DNA of 64,000 bases from Diplonema japonicum (GCA_964019335.1 OZ025696.1:62001-126000); one strand, 5' to 3'; shown: positions 21,819 to 33,722, numbered from the stretch's first letter. The notes: generated from the letters alone by a model not told the origin. Numbers and translations are program-made.

Positions 21819-22976
21819 CCCCTAAGAGGGTTTCGCGAAGATGAGAAAAAAAAAAGAAGAAGAAAAAAAAAAAAGAAAAAAGAAAGATAACCAGAGAGAA
21901 TGAAAAAAGAAAGAAAAGAAAAATCAAAAAAAAGAAATACTCGTAGTAAATCTTTTTCTTCTTGTTGAAACAGGATAAAAACGAAAACAAAAAAAAAAGA
22001 AACTCAGGGGATGTGGGAGAAAAAAAAAGGGGGGGATAAAAAAAAGTCCAGCAGAAGTGGCAGAATAAATTATTTTTTTCATGGTTATTACAGCCGTTTT
22101 CTTTTCTTTTCTTTTTTTTTCTCTTTTTTTTTTGTAAAACCTCTTTGGAGAATTGGTTTGACAATTGGGCCTTTTCGAAGGTGAGGTTTTTTTTTTTTTT
22201 TTTTTTTTTCTTTCTCCTCCTCTTCCGTGTTCGCCCCGTGCTCTTGCGCTACATTTCTTTATAGCGTCAAGAATAGACCAAGTTCAAAAAAGAAATACAA
22301 AACTAAAGTAGAACACTCCTTTACGTTTTATTCAGGTGTTATCGCTGTCTAAACTTAAGAAAGCGTCTTAATGGGCTAGGCCAAGAGGGGCAGAGCCGGT
22401 GATAAAATAAGTGGGGCAGAAAAAAAAATGGGAAGGGGAGAGGAACAAAAAAGTTGTCTCGATTTGATGTTTTTCTCTTTGCACTTCTCTTGTTTCTATT
22501 CTTTACTGTTCTTTTCCTTTTTTTTTCCCCATCAGCTTCATCCAAGGATGTCTGGGGCATGGTGCCCCCCAATGTCAATTGTGTTGAAAAGAGTAGGGAA
22601 AACAAAAAGAAAACGTAAAAGGGAGACATAGACAAGAAGAACAAAAAAAAAAAGAATCGCCAGATGCAGAAAGGAGAGAGCTGGTCTAGGTACTTTCGCT
22701 GGTTTACAAATAGCTACACAAAGGCCTGCTTTTGTAGCTATCACAAACATAAAACCTTTAAAAGAAAAAAAAAAGAAATGCTGAAAGTAGTCTAGAATGC
22801 AAAACACATTAAAATGTGAATCAAAAAAAAAAAAAAAAGAAAAGTGAGGCAAAGGGAAAGGAATGCTTTATTCCCCCCTTTGTCTCTGCTTAAGATAGTT
22901 TTCTTTTTTTAAAAGTTTTACTTTAAAAAAAAGAGTGATGAAAACGGTATATTTTTTTATTTTTTTTATTATTTTT

Positions 22977-23447
22977 TTAAACTTTTTCTTCTTCACCTTG
23001 CTCTTCATGGGTGGGTACAACTGTATACCCAGGTTGAACAGAACCGCATGCAAAGACGTTTTTTGGGGTGAGACCTTGGGCAGTTAGCTCTCGGTGGTTC
23101 TGTGCCAGAGCGCAAGGAGTCCAGTTCAAGAGTGTGCAGAGGTCGCTTCCTCCACATGTCCCGAAAACGTCGCTAGCTTCAAGTGAGAACCTGGTTCTTA
23201 TTTCACGCCTTTGGTCCACCATTACCTGCAGGCAGTATGGCGCGAAGAGAAGGGAGAGGCAGCACACGCCCCAATCGAAATTGTCCTTTCCTTCCAAAGC
23301 CGCCTGATGCCTTCCAAGCAGACACGGCTGGCAACACCACGCTTCAAAACTCACCTGATCGCAAATCATGGCCGTTAAAGGTACTGCAAAAAGCTGAACC
23401 TGCACCTCGGTCTCCATTTCGCAAGGCTTCTGCTGCTGGGAGCTCAT
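22977..23447 (-). CDS. PLAC8/cornifelin-family Cys-rich protein (156 aa)
   Basis: AWCCQPCLLGR...RREIRTRFSLE...DLC...WTPCALAQNHREL fits the PLAC8 pattern. Confidence 0.85.
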   Translation of the reverse strand: MSSQQQKPCEMETEVQVQLFAVPLTAMICDQVSFEAWCCQPCLLGRHQAALEGKDNFDWGVCCLSLLFAPYCLQVMVDQRREIRTRFSLEASDVFGTCGGSDLCTLLNWTPCALAQNHRELTAQGLTPKNVFACGSVQPGYTVVPTHEEQGEEEKV

Positions 23448-23733
23448 TTTTTTTTTTTTTAAAAAAAGAAAGTTTGAGAAAAGCTGGGGGTGGGTTAGAA
23501 AGAATTAAAATAGGGGGGGGGGAATTATAACGTAACTCTTTTAAAAAAAAGAAGAGGGGGGGGAAAAAGAAATACTGGTGAGAGGACGGCTCTCTTCTTT
23601 TTTTTTTTTTTTTTTTCCTATCGCATTTTTCTTTTTTTTTTTTGTGTTTATAATGCGTTATTTGAGGTGTAACCAGTAGGTGTTTGGGTGGAAATCTGGA
23701 GAAGAATTAGTTTATAAAAACTCGGAAAAAGAA

Positions 23734-24059
23734 ATATATAAGAGTTAAAGGAGGGCCGGTGTTGGCGGCGCCCTGCACAAGAACTGTCTACTTGATTACA
23801 GGGGGCGCACCGCGGCCGAGTTGTAGCTTCTTCTGCGTTCCGCGTCGTGTCCTTCATGCGTGCGGTGTACAGCTCAACCCCAGCCGGGGCGACCCGGGTA
23901 ACTAAGATTCGGCGCTTGTGCAGTTTGCTGCTTGTTCGTCACCCTGAGCATCTGCATTATGTTCTTCCACGCGGGCGCTACCGGTGATGACCGACGAGGA
24001 GGTCAACAGCGAACAACATCTGATGTTTTTTCTTATATTTTCATGTTATCCCCGCTACC
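23734..24059 (-). mobile_element. Full-length SINE-like element (~325 bp) with HDV-like ribozyme head (23927-24059) and LINE-type tail
   Basis: Core ACCTCCTCGTCGGTCATCACCGG, J4/2 CGAA and P2' CAAGCAGC are intact; P1 has two mismatches. 3' end CCTTTAACTCTTATATAT. Confidence 0.85.
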
Positions 24060-24352
24060 TGAAAAAAAAAAAAAAAAAAAAAAAAACGTTCCCTCGTTTG
24101 TTTAGACAAGTCAAGCGAGTCAGCGTTATTCCGACATCCTCAGCAGTGGCCCCGCATACAGTGTCCCGAACTGTCTTAACGTAAATAAAAAGAAGAGGGG
24201 GGGGAAAAGAAATTAATCCCCAATTAAAGGTATAAGAACAAACAAAATTCTTTAAATTGGGGAGATAGGCAGGGCCAAAAAAATTACTACTATTTTCTTT
24301 AAACAGCAAAATCGCGGCGCTACCCCGAGCTAGCAAAACAATTTTTTTTCTT

Positions 24353-24383
<31 letters not shown>

Positions 24384-24384
<1 letters not shown>

Positions 24385-25043
24385 CACTCATCACTATTTA
24401 ATGACTGCAACACAAAATCAGATTGCACGGGAGGCTCGTGCACCTCCATTCGCACAAGGTAGATCAAAGCAAAGTACACTGGGATGATAGATGTAAACAG
24501 TTGCATGATCAAGCCGAAGATGGCCAACCCAGAGAACCCCATAGCAGTGCTGGACGAGGGCGCATCACTACAGTCCTCAGTGGCCCACGCCTCACAGCTA
24601 ACGTTGGAGGCCTGGTTGAAGGCACCGATATCATCACGGGTACACCTGCTGTCAGAGAGACAAGACAGGACAGCTGTGTCGCATCCTTTGAAGAAGCCCT
24701 GCCCCACCTGGCACGAGGCGGCAACCATGACTGTGGATACGACTGTGAGAAGCACCTTTCCCATACCTGCAAGAAGGCCATACAGCACATAGACAGAAAC
24801 AACACCCCTGTTTTCACGGGTTATCCCATACACAGCGAAAGGTACCGCTGACCACAGGACTACCAGCCCTGCCGTCTCCGCGTCCCTCACCCCCTCTGGC
24901 TTGTCCGTTGTAGCATGCAAGATGAGCACAATAGATGTGTTGATTATGTACGAAAAGATCAGGTTTTCCATAAAGAAGTAGCGGAGTTCCTCGGTTTCCA
25001 GCCTTTTGTTGGTTATCCATGACTTGAAGCAGTGGGTCCTCAT
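24384..25043 (-). CDS. Four-TM membrane protein with Cys-rich loop (219 aa), hypothetical
   Basis: Three N-terminal hydrophobic segments, a loop with six Cys, and a fourth TM (tetraspanin-like topology, but no CCG motif). Confidence 0.7.
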
Positions 25044-25356
25044 GTTTTTTTTTTTTCTTCTTTTTTTTTTTTGAAACCCTTTGGGAAAAAGAAAGAAAGA
25101 AAAAAAGGTTTAAAAAAATAAAAAAAATAAATATCACTTCAGCACTGTACTCCCCCCCCCCCCCCCCACAATATCTTTTGGTCAGCTTGGAAAAAAAAAA
25201 ATTCTTTTTTACTTTTTATTTCACGGAGGGTAAAAAAAAAAAAAAAAATAGATCTTATTTTCTTGTCACTTCTATTTTCACCCGAGTGACAATAAGTAAG
25301 CTATTTTTTTCTTCTTTTTTTTTTGTGTGGTGTGGGGGCTATTAAACTATCTTCGG

Positions 25357-25390
<34 letters not shown>

Positions 25391-25793
25391 AATCACCGCA
25401 GGGAGGGGGTAACGTTATAAATATAAGACGCTTTAAGAAAAATATGATATCCTTTTGACAAAATCCCAACGAAGCGCAATAGTGTAGCACAGTCTTTCTC
25501 GCCTACTACTACTGCACCCAGTGAAACGGTGCCGCTGTTTTTCTTTCTTTTTTTTTCTCTTCTAAAGCAGTGGGAATGGGGGAGGGGGGGCTTTTTTTTC
25601 TTTCTTTCTCTTTAGGCCCCACAGGAAATGATAAAAACCTTCTTCTCTTTTTTTTTTTCTTTCTTTCTTTTTTTAAACGTTTCTTTTTTTTTTTTTTTTT
25701 TTCCTTTTTTTTTGTTTTCATATGGCAACGATGTGTCTTGCACCATAATTAATCAAAAAATCAAAAAAAAAAAGAAAAAAAAATTCTTTTTTC

Positions 25794-26690
25794 TTAAATC
25801 GCACGCATCCCGACAGCCTTACGAAGCTGCTCAAACACAAGGAAAGTGACAATGGTGTGGGGCCCGAGCCTCATCCACCCAGGAACCCACCCGGAGTACA
25901 GTGCCATAACACCCTCCGACTTCACAGTCTTCAAGAGACAATCAACAGTACCTTTGTAAGGCATGGACCCGTCAGCAAGCGGCTTGGAAGACATAACTCT
26001 AGTCTTGATGAGGTCGATGGGGGCAGTGACGGTCACAGCGACGATACCTGCGAAGAAGGAAGAGCAGAGGTGAAGGAGGATGCCTTCGTTAAGAATGTTA
26101 AGGTTCTTCAAGGTGTGCTTGGAATGGTCATACGCAGGTGCTTGGCACGAACCGAGAATACCAGCACGCTGCACAGTCTGCCCCACACCAACGTAAAGCC
26201 CTCTGAGACCCTCTGTCTGGAAGATTTTGTAAAACGCTTGGAAAACGTTTCTGTACATTTTCCCGGACACATCAGACTGCATCCTGATCTTGACAAGATC
26301 GCATGGGTTTGCAATGGCACTGCCCACCATTCCTGCTGACGCACCTGCAGCTAGCTTCTTGTATAACGGGGTGTTCTTTGGGTCGGTGGCGCCGTAAAGC
26401 TCCTTGAAACTCTCGTAGGCGCCGAACCTGATACCCGAGTAGCTCATCTCCCTGCATAGGGAAGCGCCAAGCCCCTTGTACAGCCCCCTAGCGCCTTCTG
26501 TTCTCGCGATGTCCTTCATCCCTGAAAACATGCCGGGGTACTTGTGCTTCTCGACCTGCATCCTGATCTTTACCACGTCCACTGGGTTCGTCACACTTGC
26601 ACCGCAGCACGCCGAGGATCCCGCCAACAAGATTCTGAACCCAGTTGAAGAAGTGACCGACGAGGTCGTGGACGAGGAGGAAGAGGACAT
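25794..26690 (-). CDS. Mitochondrial carrier (SLC25), UCP/dicarboxylate-oxoglutarate-like (298 aa)
   Basis: Three Px[DE]xxKxR signatures (PVDVVKIR, PCDLVKIR, PIDLIKTR); REMSYSGIRFG and WMRLGPH. ATG at 26690 after an A-run. Confidence 0.92.
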   Translation of the reverse strand: MSSSSSSTTSSVTSSTGFRILLAGSSACCGASVTNPVDVVKIRMQVEKHKYPGMFSGMKDIARTEGARGLYKGLGASLCREMSYSGIRFGAYESFKELYGATDPKNTPLYKKLAAGASAGMVGSAIANPCDLVKIRMQSDVSGKMYRNVFQAFYKIFQTEGLRGLYVGVGQTVQRAGILGSCQAPAYDHSKHTLKNLNILNEGILLHLCSSFFAGIVAVTVTAPIDLIKTRVMSSKPLADGSMPYKGTVDCLLKTVKSEGVMALYSGWVPGWMRLGPHTIVTFLVFEQLRKAVGMRAI

Positions 26691-27304
26691 TTTTTTTTTT
26701 TTTTTCCCTTCAAAATTTTGGCGTTCTGTATGGGTAGGAGAGTCAAATAGTTGAAATAGAAGGGGGGGGGGGGGGAAAGGAATTGATAAAGGTTTCATTC
26801 ATCGGTCAGCGTGTTTGCATGTGAGGGAAGGGGAGAAAAACTATATGCACTCTTTACTCCATACCGCAGCCTTCTTTCTTTGGTTTGACTGCGCACGTTC
26901 CGCGACAGATGAGAATCACTGTCAAAGAAATACAACTCGCCTCTTTTTCCACCTATGCTTTCAGCCCGCAAACATCGCTTTGACTAACAAAAAAAAAGAA
27001 AAGAAAAAAAGACCCGGGGGGGGGGGGGGGGGGAAGAACTAAGTCCAAACTTCACCAACCTCCGGTCGTAATGCCAGAATGTAAGAATGGAAACGCGGGG
27101 GAAGCAGTATGCACTTTCACCTTCTCAGGGAAGCCGGGTGGAGAAAAAAAAATGGGAAAGACCCCCTGAACAAAGGGGACACTAGATCGAAGCTAATCAG
27201 CTTCACATCTTTTTCTTTTAACGTTGAAAGGAAACCTGCTGTATGTGACAGGATCGCCTAAATACTAATTTAGGGTAAAACCTTAAAAATTGCATTTTGA
27301 ATGA

Positions 27305-27337
<33 letters not shown>

Positions 27338-27624
27338 AGTATCCGGAACACGGGAGGAAAAGATGCATCACTTCTCACCACAACAGTGCTTTTTTTTTTT
27401 TTTTTTTTTAAATCTAACTCGTAAATGAGTCGCTTTGTTGCTCTTGGGACGCTTCTAAGACCTGTGCCCTCACACGTATGTAGGGGTTCCCCTGCTGCTT
27501 CGTTTCCCACAGGCTTTTGTGGCTATTGTCTCCTATTTTTGCTTATTGAATCCCCCGAGGCACCACCCCCAGGGTCTTTTTTTTTTTTTTTTTTTTTTTT
27601 TTATATTCTATTCTATTTTACTCT

Positions 27625-30600
27625 TTATTCTGTTTTCTGAGCCTCATCCACAACAGCTTTTCCTTCCTTGATGAGGACTTGTAATGCGTCGTTGTGTTTG
27701 TTTGCAATCGCCCTGCTACACGGGGTAGCACCCTTGTTGCTTGTCTTGTTCACATCGGCCTTTCCTTCTTTGATTAGAACGCGCAAGGCTTCGGATTTTC
27801 CGTTTTCTGCAGCTATGTAACAAGGGGTACAACCGTTTTTGGTTACTTTGTTAACATCGGCCTTTCCTTCCTTGATGAGGACGCGCAATGCGTCGGGGTT
27901 CCCATTTTGTGCCGCCATGTAACACGGGGTAGCATCACTGTTGTTGCCCTTGTTAACATCGGCCTTTCCTTCCTTGATGAGGGAGTGCAGTACGTTGGCG
28001 TGTCCATTTTGAGCCGCTATGAAACACGGGGTAGAACCGTTGTTGTTGGCTGCGTCCACATCGGCTTTTTTTTCCGTGATGAGGATTCGTAATGCGTTGG
28101 CGTGTCCATTTTGAGCCGCCATGTAACACGGGGTAGAACCCTTGTCGTTGGCTTTGTTCACATCAGCCTTTCCTTCTTTGATGATGACACGCAATGCGTT
28201 AGAGCGACCCGTTTCAGCAGCCACTAAACACGGGGTAGAACCGTTGGTTATGGGTTTGTTAATATCGGCCTTTCCTTCTGTGATCAGGATTCGCAATGCG
28301 TCGGCATGTCCGTTTTGAGCCGCCATGAAACACGGGGTAGTATTGTTGTCGTTTGCCGCGTTCACATCAGCCTTTCCTTCCGTGATGATGATGCGTAATG
28401 CGTCGGCATGTCCATTCTGAGCCGCTTTGAAACAAGGAGTAGCCTTGTCGTTCTTGGCCTTGTTCACATCTGCCTTTCCTTCATTGATGAGAATTCGTAA
28501 TGCGTTGGTGTGTCCATTCTGAGCCGCCATTAAACACGGGGTGGCACCACCCTTGTTGGCCGTGTCCACATTGGCTTTTCCTTCTAAGATGAGGACACGC
28601 AATGAGTCGGTGTGTCCAGTTTCAGCCGCCATCAAACACGGGGTAGAACCGTTGGTTATGGGCTTGTTCACATCGGCCTTTCCTTCCTTGATGAGGTCGT
28701 GCAATATGTCAGCATGTCCATTCTGAGCCGCTATGTAACAAGGGGTACAACTGTTCTTGTTGCCCTTGTTCACATCAGCCTTTCCTTCCTTGATGAGGAC
28801 GCGCAATGCGTCAGTATGTCCGTTTTGAGATGCCTTGTAACACGGGGTAATACCAGAGTTGCTGGCCTTGTTCACATCGGCCTTTCCTTCCTTGATGAGG
28901 ATGCGCAAGGCGTCTGCGGAGTCGTGTTCAGCGGCGACAGAGCACACAGTGTTGCCATACACATCCGCCGTGTCAACCGATAGCTTGCCACAGAGGAGTA
29001 CATCCTTCTTCAGAAGGTCAGCACGATTCCTTGCGGCCGCTGCATGCAGCACTGTCCACCCTTTCCGCGGTCCCTCTTCCTTGTTCGCTCCCCAGAAGGT
29101 GTTGCCAAGGGTGTGCATCACCTTGTCAAACACAGCCCGCTTGCAAGCACACGCAATCAGCCCGACACTTACCGTGTGCAGCTCCTTTGGTACCCCCGTA
29201 AGGTCCGCTCCCTTGCTCAGCAGCACCGCCGCGCTGTTGTCGTGGCTCCCTTCCTTGTTCAACCGCAACACTGCCGCAAGCGAAGCGTTCAGAGCCTCCG
29301 AGTGACCCGTGGGCGCCAGGTTGGCACAGCACAGCGACACCACCTGCTCGTTGTGCTCCAACTCAGCCGCCTCCTGCAGTAGCGTCTTGCCGTCCACAAC
29401 TGGCATTCCCGTGCTGAGAGGGAAAGACACAAACCTTCCCTCGCGCGTCACCGGGTGGAGCTCGAAGCGGCTCTCTACCGTGAGCTTCTTCTTGATCGTG
29501 TCGAGCAGCTTCGCGTTGCGCACCCGCTCCACTTGTGTCATCACATCCGCAAGCCTGCCCCAGTGATTGAAGTCGATCTCCTGCAGCTCCACCACCACCA
29601 CGCGACGCATGCTTGTGTCGAGAGCCACCTCCAGCAGACGCATCACACCGACGTCAGGGCGCCCCACCACACGGAACTGGGTGTTCGCCGCGATCAGAAC
29701 CTCCTTCTCCTCGGGGAAGCGACTGAACCGAGCGATGCTCCGTCCCGTCAGCACCCGCAGCACGAGGATCGTCCCCTGCACCTCGTTGTCGTCGCCCTGC
29801 GTCCCCAGGAAGTCCTTCACCACCTCAGGGTTCTCACTTGCGCTCGTGGGGTGCGGCATCGTCACCACCGCCCCCACAGAGTACAGCGACTCGCTCACCC
29901 GGAAGTCCATTGCACGGAACACGGTCCCCTCGTACTTCGGCTGCGACATCATTGCTCGGTGCAGGGAATAGGCGAAGTCCTTCATCGGCTCGTAGCTCTG
30001 TCGCTGTCCACGGAAAGCCACCTCACGCATCGCCGCGTTCACCCCGTAGCACAAGGGGCTCTCCAGCGTGTAGAGACGAAGGTACGGCTCGGTGGCCCCT
30101 TCCACCTGCTTCACCGCCCACTCCGCAGTCATCTTCTTGAATGCCCCACCAGCACTCCGCTGCTCCGGCTTCAGCTTCCCGCACTTCGCAAGATGACGCT
30201 CCTTGCTCCCCGCATTCAGCGCAATCCCACACGCGGTGCACGTCACGTATCCCTCGCACTCCTTCCCCATCGCAGCCTCCACCGTCATCAACATCGGCTT
30301 TGCACACGACGCACCACTCTCGAAGAACTCGTTCCACCCGCGGTCCACGTCGATCTCGCGCACCCCGTCGCTGTACCGGCTCACCACTCCCTTGTCCTCG
30401 GGCATCACTCCTCCTCCATTCACCTTGAACGCCTTCACCGCCTGCTGAAGCTCTTTACGCGCCTCCGACACCAGCGATGACACGCAGTCTCCCGCACCAC
30501 GCTCCTTGCTGCGCTTCAGGAACTTCTGCATCATAGCAATCACATTGTGACACAGTGCGTCGTGCCACTTCCCCAGTGCCGTGTCCAGTTCCACCTTCAG

Positions 30601-30753
30601 CTCCTTTTTTCGTTTCTCTGGCGTGGCGGCGCCGCCCGTGAACTTTCCACGCAGCTGCTCCACTGCTTCCCAAGCTACTTCTACAGCCCTCTCTGCTGGA
30701 GGAGGCGACGTCAGGGACTTCACAGCCTGCACACCTGATCCTGCTGTTGTCAT
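27625..30753 (-). CDS. Zn-finger + R-S-E (arginine-type) ADP-ribosyltransferase + 14 ankyrin repeats (1042 aa), copy 1
   Basis: CTACG...HLAKC; LRLYT...VNAAMR...VFRAM...TSAS...GTIL...SRFPEEKEVL...FRV; 34-aa repeats TPCxxAAQNGHxDALRxLIxEGKADVN. Start chosen at MTTAG after an A-rich leader. Confidence 0.88.
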   Translation of the reverse strand: MTTAGSGVQAVKSLTSPPPAERAVEVAWEAVEQLRGKFTGGAATPEKRKKELKVELDTALGKWHDALCHNVIAMMQKFLKRSKERGAGDCVSSLVSEARKELQQAVKAFKVNGGGVMPEDKGVVSRYSDGVREIDVDRGWNEFFESGASCAKPMLMTVEAAMGKECEGYVTCTACGIALNAGSKERHLAKCGKLKPEQRSAGGAFKKMTAEWAVKQVEGATEPYLRLYTLESPLCYGVNAAMREVAFRGQRQSYEPMKDFAYSLHRAMMSQPKYEGTVFRAMDFRVSESLYSVGAVVTMPHPTSASENPEVVKDFLGTQGDDNEVQGTILVLRVLTGRSIARFSRFPEEKEVLIAANTQFRVVGRPDVGVMRLLEVALDTSMRRVVVVELQEIDFNHWGRLADVMTQVERVRNAKLLDTIKKKLTVESRFELHPVTREGRFVSFPLSTGMPVVDGKTLLQEAAELEHNEQVVSLCCANLAPTGHSEALNASLAAVLRLNKEGSHDNSAAVLLSKGADLTGVPKELHTVSVGLIACACKRAVFDKVMHTLGNTFWGANKEEGPRKGWTVLHAAAARNRADLLKKDVLLCGKLSVDTADVYGNTVCSVAAEHDSADALRILIKEGKADVNKASNSGITPCYKASQNGHTDALRVLIKEGKADVNKGNKNSCTPCYIAAQNGHADILHDLIKEGKADVNKPITNGSTPCLMAAETGHTDSLRVLILEGKANVDTANKGGATPCLMAAQNGHTNALRILINEGKADVNKAKNDKATPCFKAAQNGHADALRIIITEGKADVNAANDNNTTPCFMAAQNGHADALRILITEGKADINKPITNGSTPCLVAAETGRSNALRVIIKEGKADVNKANDKGSTPCYMAAQNGHANALRILITEKKADVDAANNNGSTPCFIAAQNGHANVLHSLIKEGKADVNKGNNSDATPCYMAAQNGNPDALRVLIKEGKADVNKVTKNGCTPCYIAAENGKSEALRVLIKEGKADVNKTSNKGATPCSRAIANKHNDALQVLIKEGKAVVDEAQKTE

Positions 30754-31427
30754 GGTTTTTTTTTCTTTTCTTGTTTGCAAGTAGGAAATCTGTGCGGAGT
30801 GTATGTTATGAATCATGTGAACAAACAAACTGAAGAACTGAGGAGGGGGAAGAGGGGGAGAGGAGGAGGTGTTGGAAAACGGGGCAGGGACCACAACTAG
30901 AGCACGGAGGGCAGTGGTAGCAACCCTGACCCGACACATCTTTCTTTTTTTTTAAAAAAAATGAAAAAGAAGTCGGCACTGTACAAATCCTGAGATAAGT
31001 ACATCACACATCACTAGAGAAAGCGTGACTTAAGAAAATTCAAAAAAGAAAAAAAGAAATTGATGAAGTTTCAACGTGCAAACGTAAGCCGTCCGCACTT
31101 TCTTCTTTCTGCTGCATTCGCCTTCCATGCGCACGGCGCAGTGGAAAATGGCAGGCCACACCCCCAAGAAAGGTCTCGGACAACGCTTTTGCTGGGCATG
31201 TGGGTGAGTGCTGTGGTGGGATATGTAAGGTTATGTCAAAAAAAAGCAAAGCGAACGAGTGAGTACGCGCTCAAGTACGCGAAGGGAGCCCCATCACTGG
31301 GGACACCTTGTGTTTTCTTTATCATGTTAACACATGTTTCGCGTCCAATACCCACTCAGGGAATCCTGGTTCGTACACGCTTATGTATAATATTATGAAA
31401 AAAGAAAGAAAGGTGAATGATGTAGAA

Positions 31428-31487
31428 TATACGAGTTAGAGGAGGACCTTGTGAGGTGCCCTTGTTCTCATCAGCTACCTGCACAAG
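31428..31487 (-). repeat. Diverged 3' tail of LINE subfamily A
   Basis: gagttagaggagg..cttgtgaggtgcccttgttctcatcagctacctgcac aligns to 9712-9766. Confidence 0.65.
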
Positions 31488-31615
31488 TATTGGTTGTAAG
31501 ATGTTTTTATATAAGTTCCTTCTTTAAAAATACACGAACAAACGAAAAATATTTGGACATGGAAAAAATGTAATTTAGGGGCAACGGGCTCAAGAAAACT
31601 ACAAACATGACAATA

Positions 31616-31884
31616 ATATATAAAGAGTTAAAGGAGGGCCGGTGTTGGCGGCGCCCTGCACAAGAACCGTCTGCTTGATTACAGGGGGTGCACCACTTAA
31701 TGCGTGCGGTGTACAGCTCAACCCCAGCCGGAACGACCCGGGTAACTAAGATTCTGCGCTTGTTAGTCACCCTGAGCATCTGCGTTATGATCTTCCACTC
31801 GGGCGCTACGGTTATGACCGACGAGGAGGTCAACAGCGAAACAACTCATCTGATGTACTTCTATTTCTTGTTATCCCCGCCACC
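31616..31884 (-). mobile_element. SINE-like element with degenerate HDV-like head
   Basis: Homologous to 23734-24059 with internal deletions. J4/2 reads CUAA (C at 31766). Confidence 0.85.
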
Positions 31885-31945
31885 TTTAAATAATCCGGCG
31901 ACGGAACAAAATTCGGACTTTGAAACTTCTTCCATTTCATATTAA

Positions 31946-32412
31946 CCCATAACACCCCAAGGCGCAAATATTTGTCGTTTTGAAAAATCGTTTTTTTCTC
32001 TACCTGAAACGAACACCTCTGTCCAAATAAGCGCTTTTTTCGTACCACTCTTCCGTCACCCCAAAAAGGCCTCTTGACGATTTCGAGGCCGATATTCCAC
32101 CCGCAAATAGGCACTTCTCTCGGTCTGAGACATCTGAGGGGTCCTGATGCTGCCTTTCTTGTCCCAAGATGCTCAATCTACACCCCCGTGCACAACCCAT
32201 TTTGACATGGTCATTTTTGAGCACCCTACGGCCATTCAACTCTTCATCCCCTTTGTATTCTTATTAATTTCTGAACTTTTTATTTAATTCTCCTGGTCCA
32301 AAAAACCCGTTTTACCTGCAAACGGGGGTTAAATGCTGCCATTTTCCCCCTCAAATTATGAAAAGGAGCAAAAAAGGGACCCCTATGAAGATAGACCCCG
32401 GAGTGTTATGGG
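31946..32412 (+). mobile_element. piggyBac family 1 MITE (467-bp internal-deletion derivative)
   Basis: First ~55 bp match 7660-7715 and the rest matches ~9021-9433. TIRs CCCATAACACCCC / GGAGTGTTATGGG; TTAA on the left, TTTAA on the right. Confidence 0.9.
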
Positions 32413-33722
32413 TTTAAAAAAAAAAAAAAAAGAACCTTGCGTTCCACGTATGGTTCCCATTCAGAATGTAAGAATGGGAAGCGGGGGAAGCTACGCCCTC
32501 TACCTGTATCTGTCGCGCCTCATCCTTGCCTTTGCTAGCACCTTTTCAGGGAAGCTCCAAAGAGAGGTGAATAGAGGGAGGGGTGGGAATGAAATACAAC
32601 AAAGGGCAAAAGGGAAATGTGTCCAAACAAGGAGACTCCATAACCCTAATATCCTCCATAAGACAAAAAAAAAGAAAACTCAAAGCCGTGTATAAAATTC
32701 AGCGTGGTGCGTGCTCACTGTTCAAGGGCACTCTTGCATGGGAGGAATGATTTAAAAAAAAAAAAAAGAAAGGCGCGAGAGACCAGAAGACAAAAAGAGT
32801 TCTTTTAAGGTATGTTTCTTGCTTGGGGGCCCCATGTCCACCAGATCACAGACCTACGGTATAACCTTAGGGGCAACTTTATTATATTTTCTTGTGTTTA
32901 CAGGTTCGTTTTTTAACATTGTGAAGCCACCCGGTCCTCCGGGCGCTCATACTTCTGCCGAGTAACTTTCTCTTTGTAAGCATCGTATTTAAAAAAGTTC
33001 CCTTAATTATCCCCTCTCCCCCCCTTCCCTTCCCCCCAATGGGGGGGGGGGGGGGGGGAATGGGACTGAGAGGCTCTTCGTTTTTACAGTAGTTTAAAAA
33101 AAAGCAAAGCTATTCGGCCCAGTGTATAAAATTCAAAAAAAAAACGGATAAGGTTTCAAGTGTTCAAGGAGGGGGAGTGCTCACTGCCCAAGAAAGAAAC
33201 TCACACCAAGCGGTCACTAGTTCTGCATGGAAGGAATGATTAAAAAAAAAGAGGTGGGAGGGACAGAAGAAAAAAAAAAACTCTTTTAAGGTGCATGGTT
33301 CAAGTAGTGGATATTGAGAGGCTCCGGAGGCTTCGTTTAACAGTAGTTGAAAAAAAAGATAATAGATATTCTGTTTTCAATTGTGCCACCTCACCTTTGC
33401 TGGGAACCTCCTTCACAATAACCTTTCCTACCTTTTCCACAGTCTTAAAAAAGAGAAAAAAAAGAGATGAGATAAAGGAGGTTCCTGTTTGGAACGTCCC
33501 CCTTTGTCTCTACTTATCTACCCAAAAAAAAAAAAAAAAAAAAAAAATGATAAATTTCGGTGTGCGGGTGGGTGCTCACTGTTCAGTTTATAGGTTAAAA
33601 AAAAATGGGTGACAAAAAAGAAAAGAAAAAAAAAAACTGGGGTATGTATTTTTGCTGGGTAGAAAACAGGGAACGGGGTTTCAAGCAATCCCTCTCAGTT
33701 TTAAACCGCCACATCACGTGCT

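Noticed and set aside
4644-27600. Dozens of poly-Lys/poly-Phe ORFs
   Set aside because: These are translations of A/T homopolymer tracts with no coding signal; tract lengths may also carry sequencing error.
27700-28900. 102-bp periodic repeats resembling a CRISPR array or satellite
   Set aside because: They are in-frame ankyrin repeats, with no repeat-spacer structure and no cas genes.
29455-30480. 341-aa plus-strand ORF (and its twin at 35250-36275)
   Set aside because: Antisense shadow of the GC-rich ART coding region; repeated only because the gene is duplicated.
30754-30939. N-terminal ORF extensions (also 7577-7735, 26691-26798, 48549-48713, 63509-63688)
   Set aside because: They begin at non-ATG or unsupported starts and cross homopolymer or pyrimidine tracts; most likely UTR or intergenic sequence.
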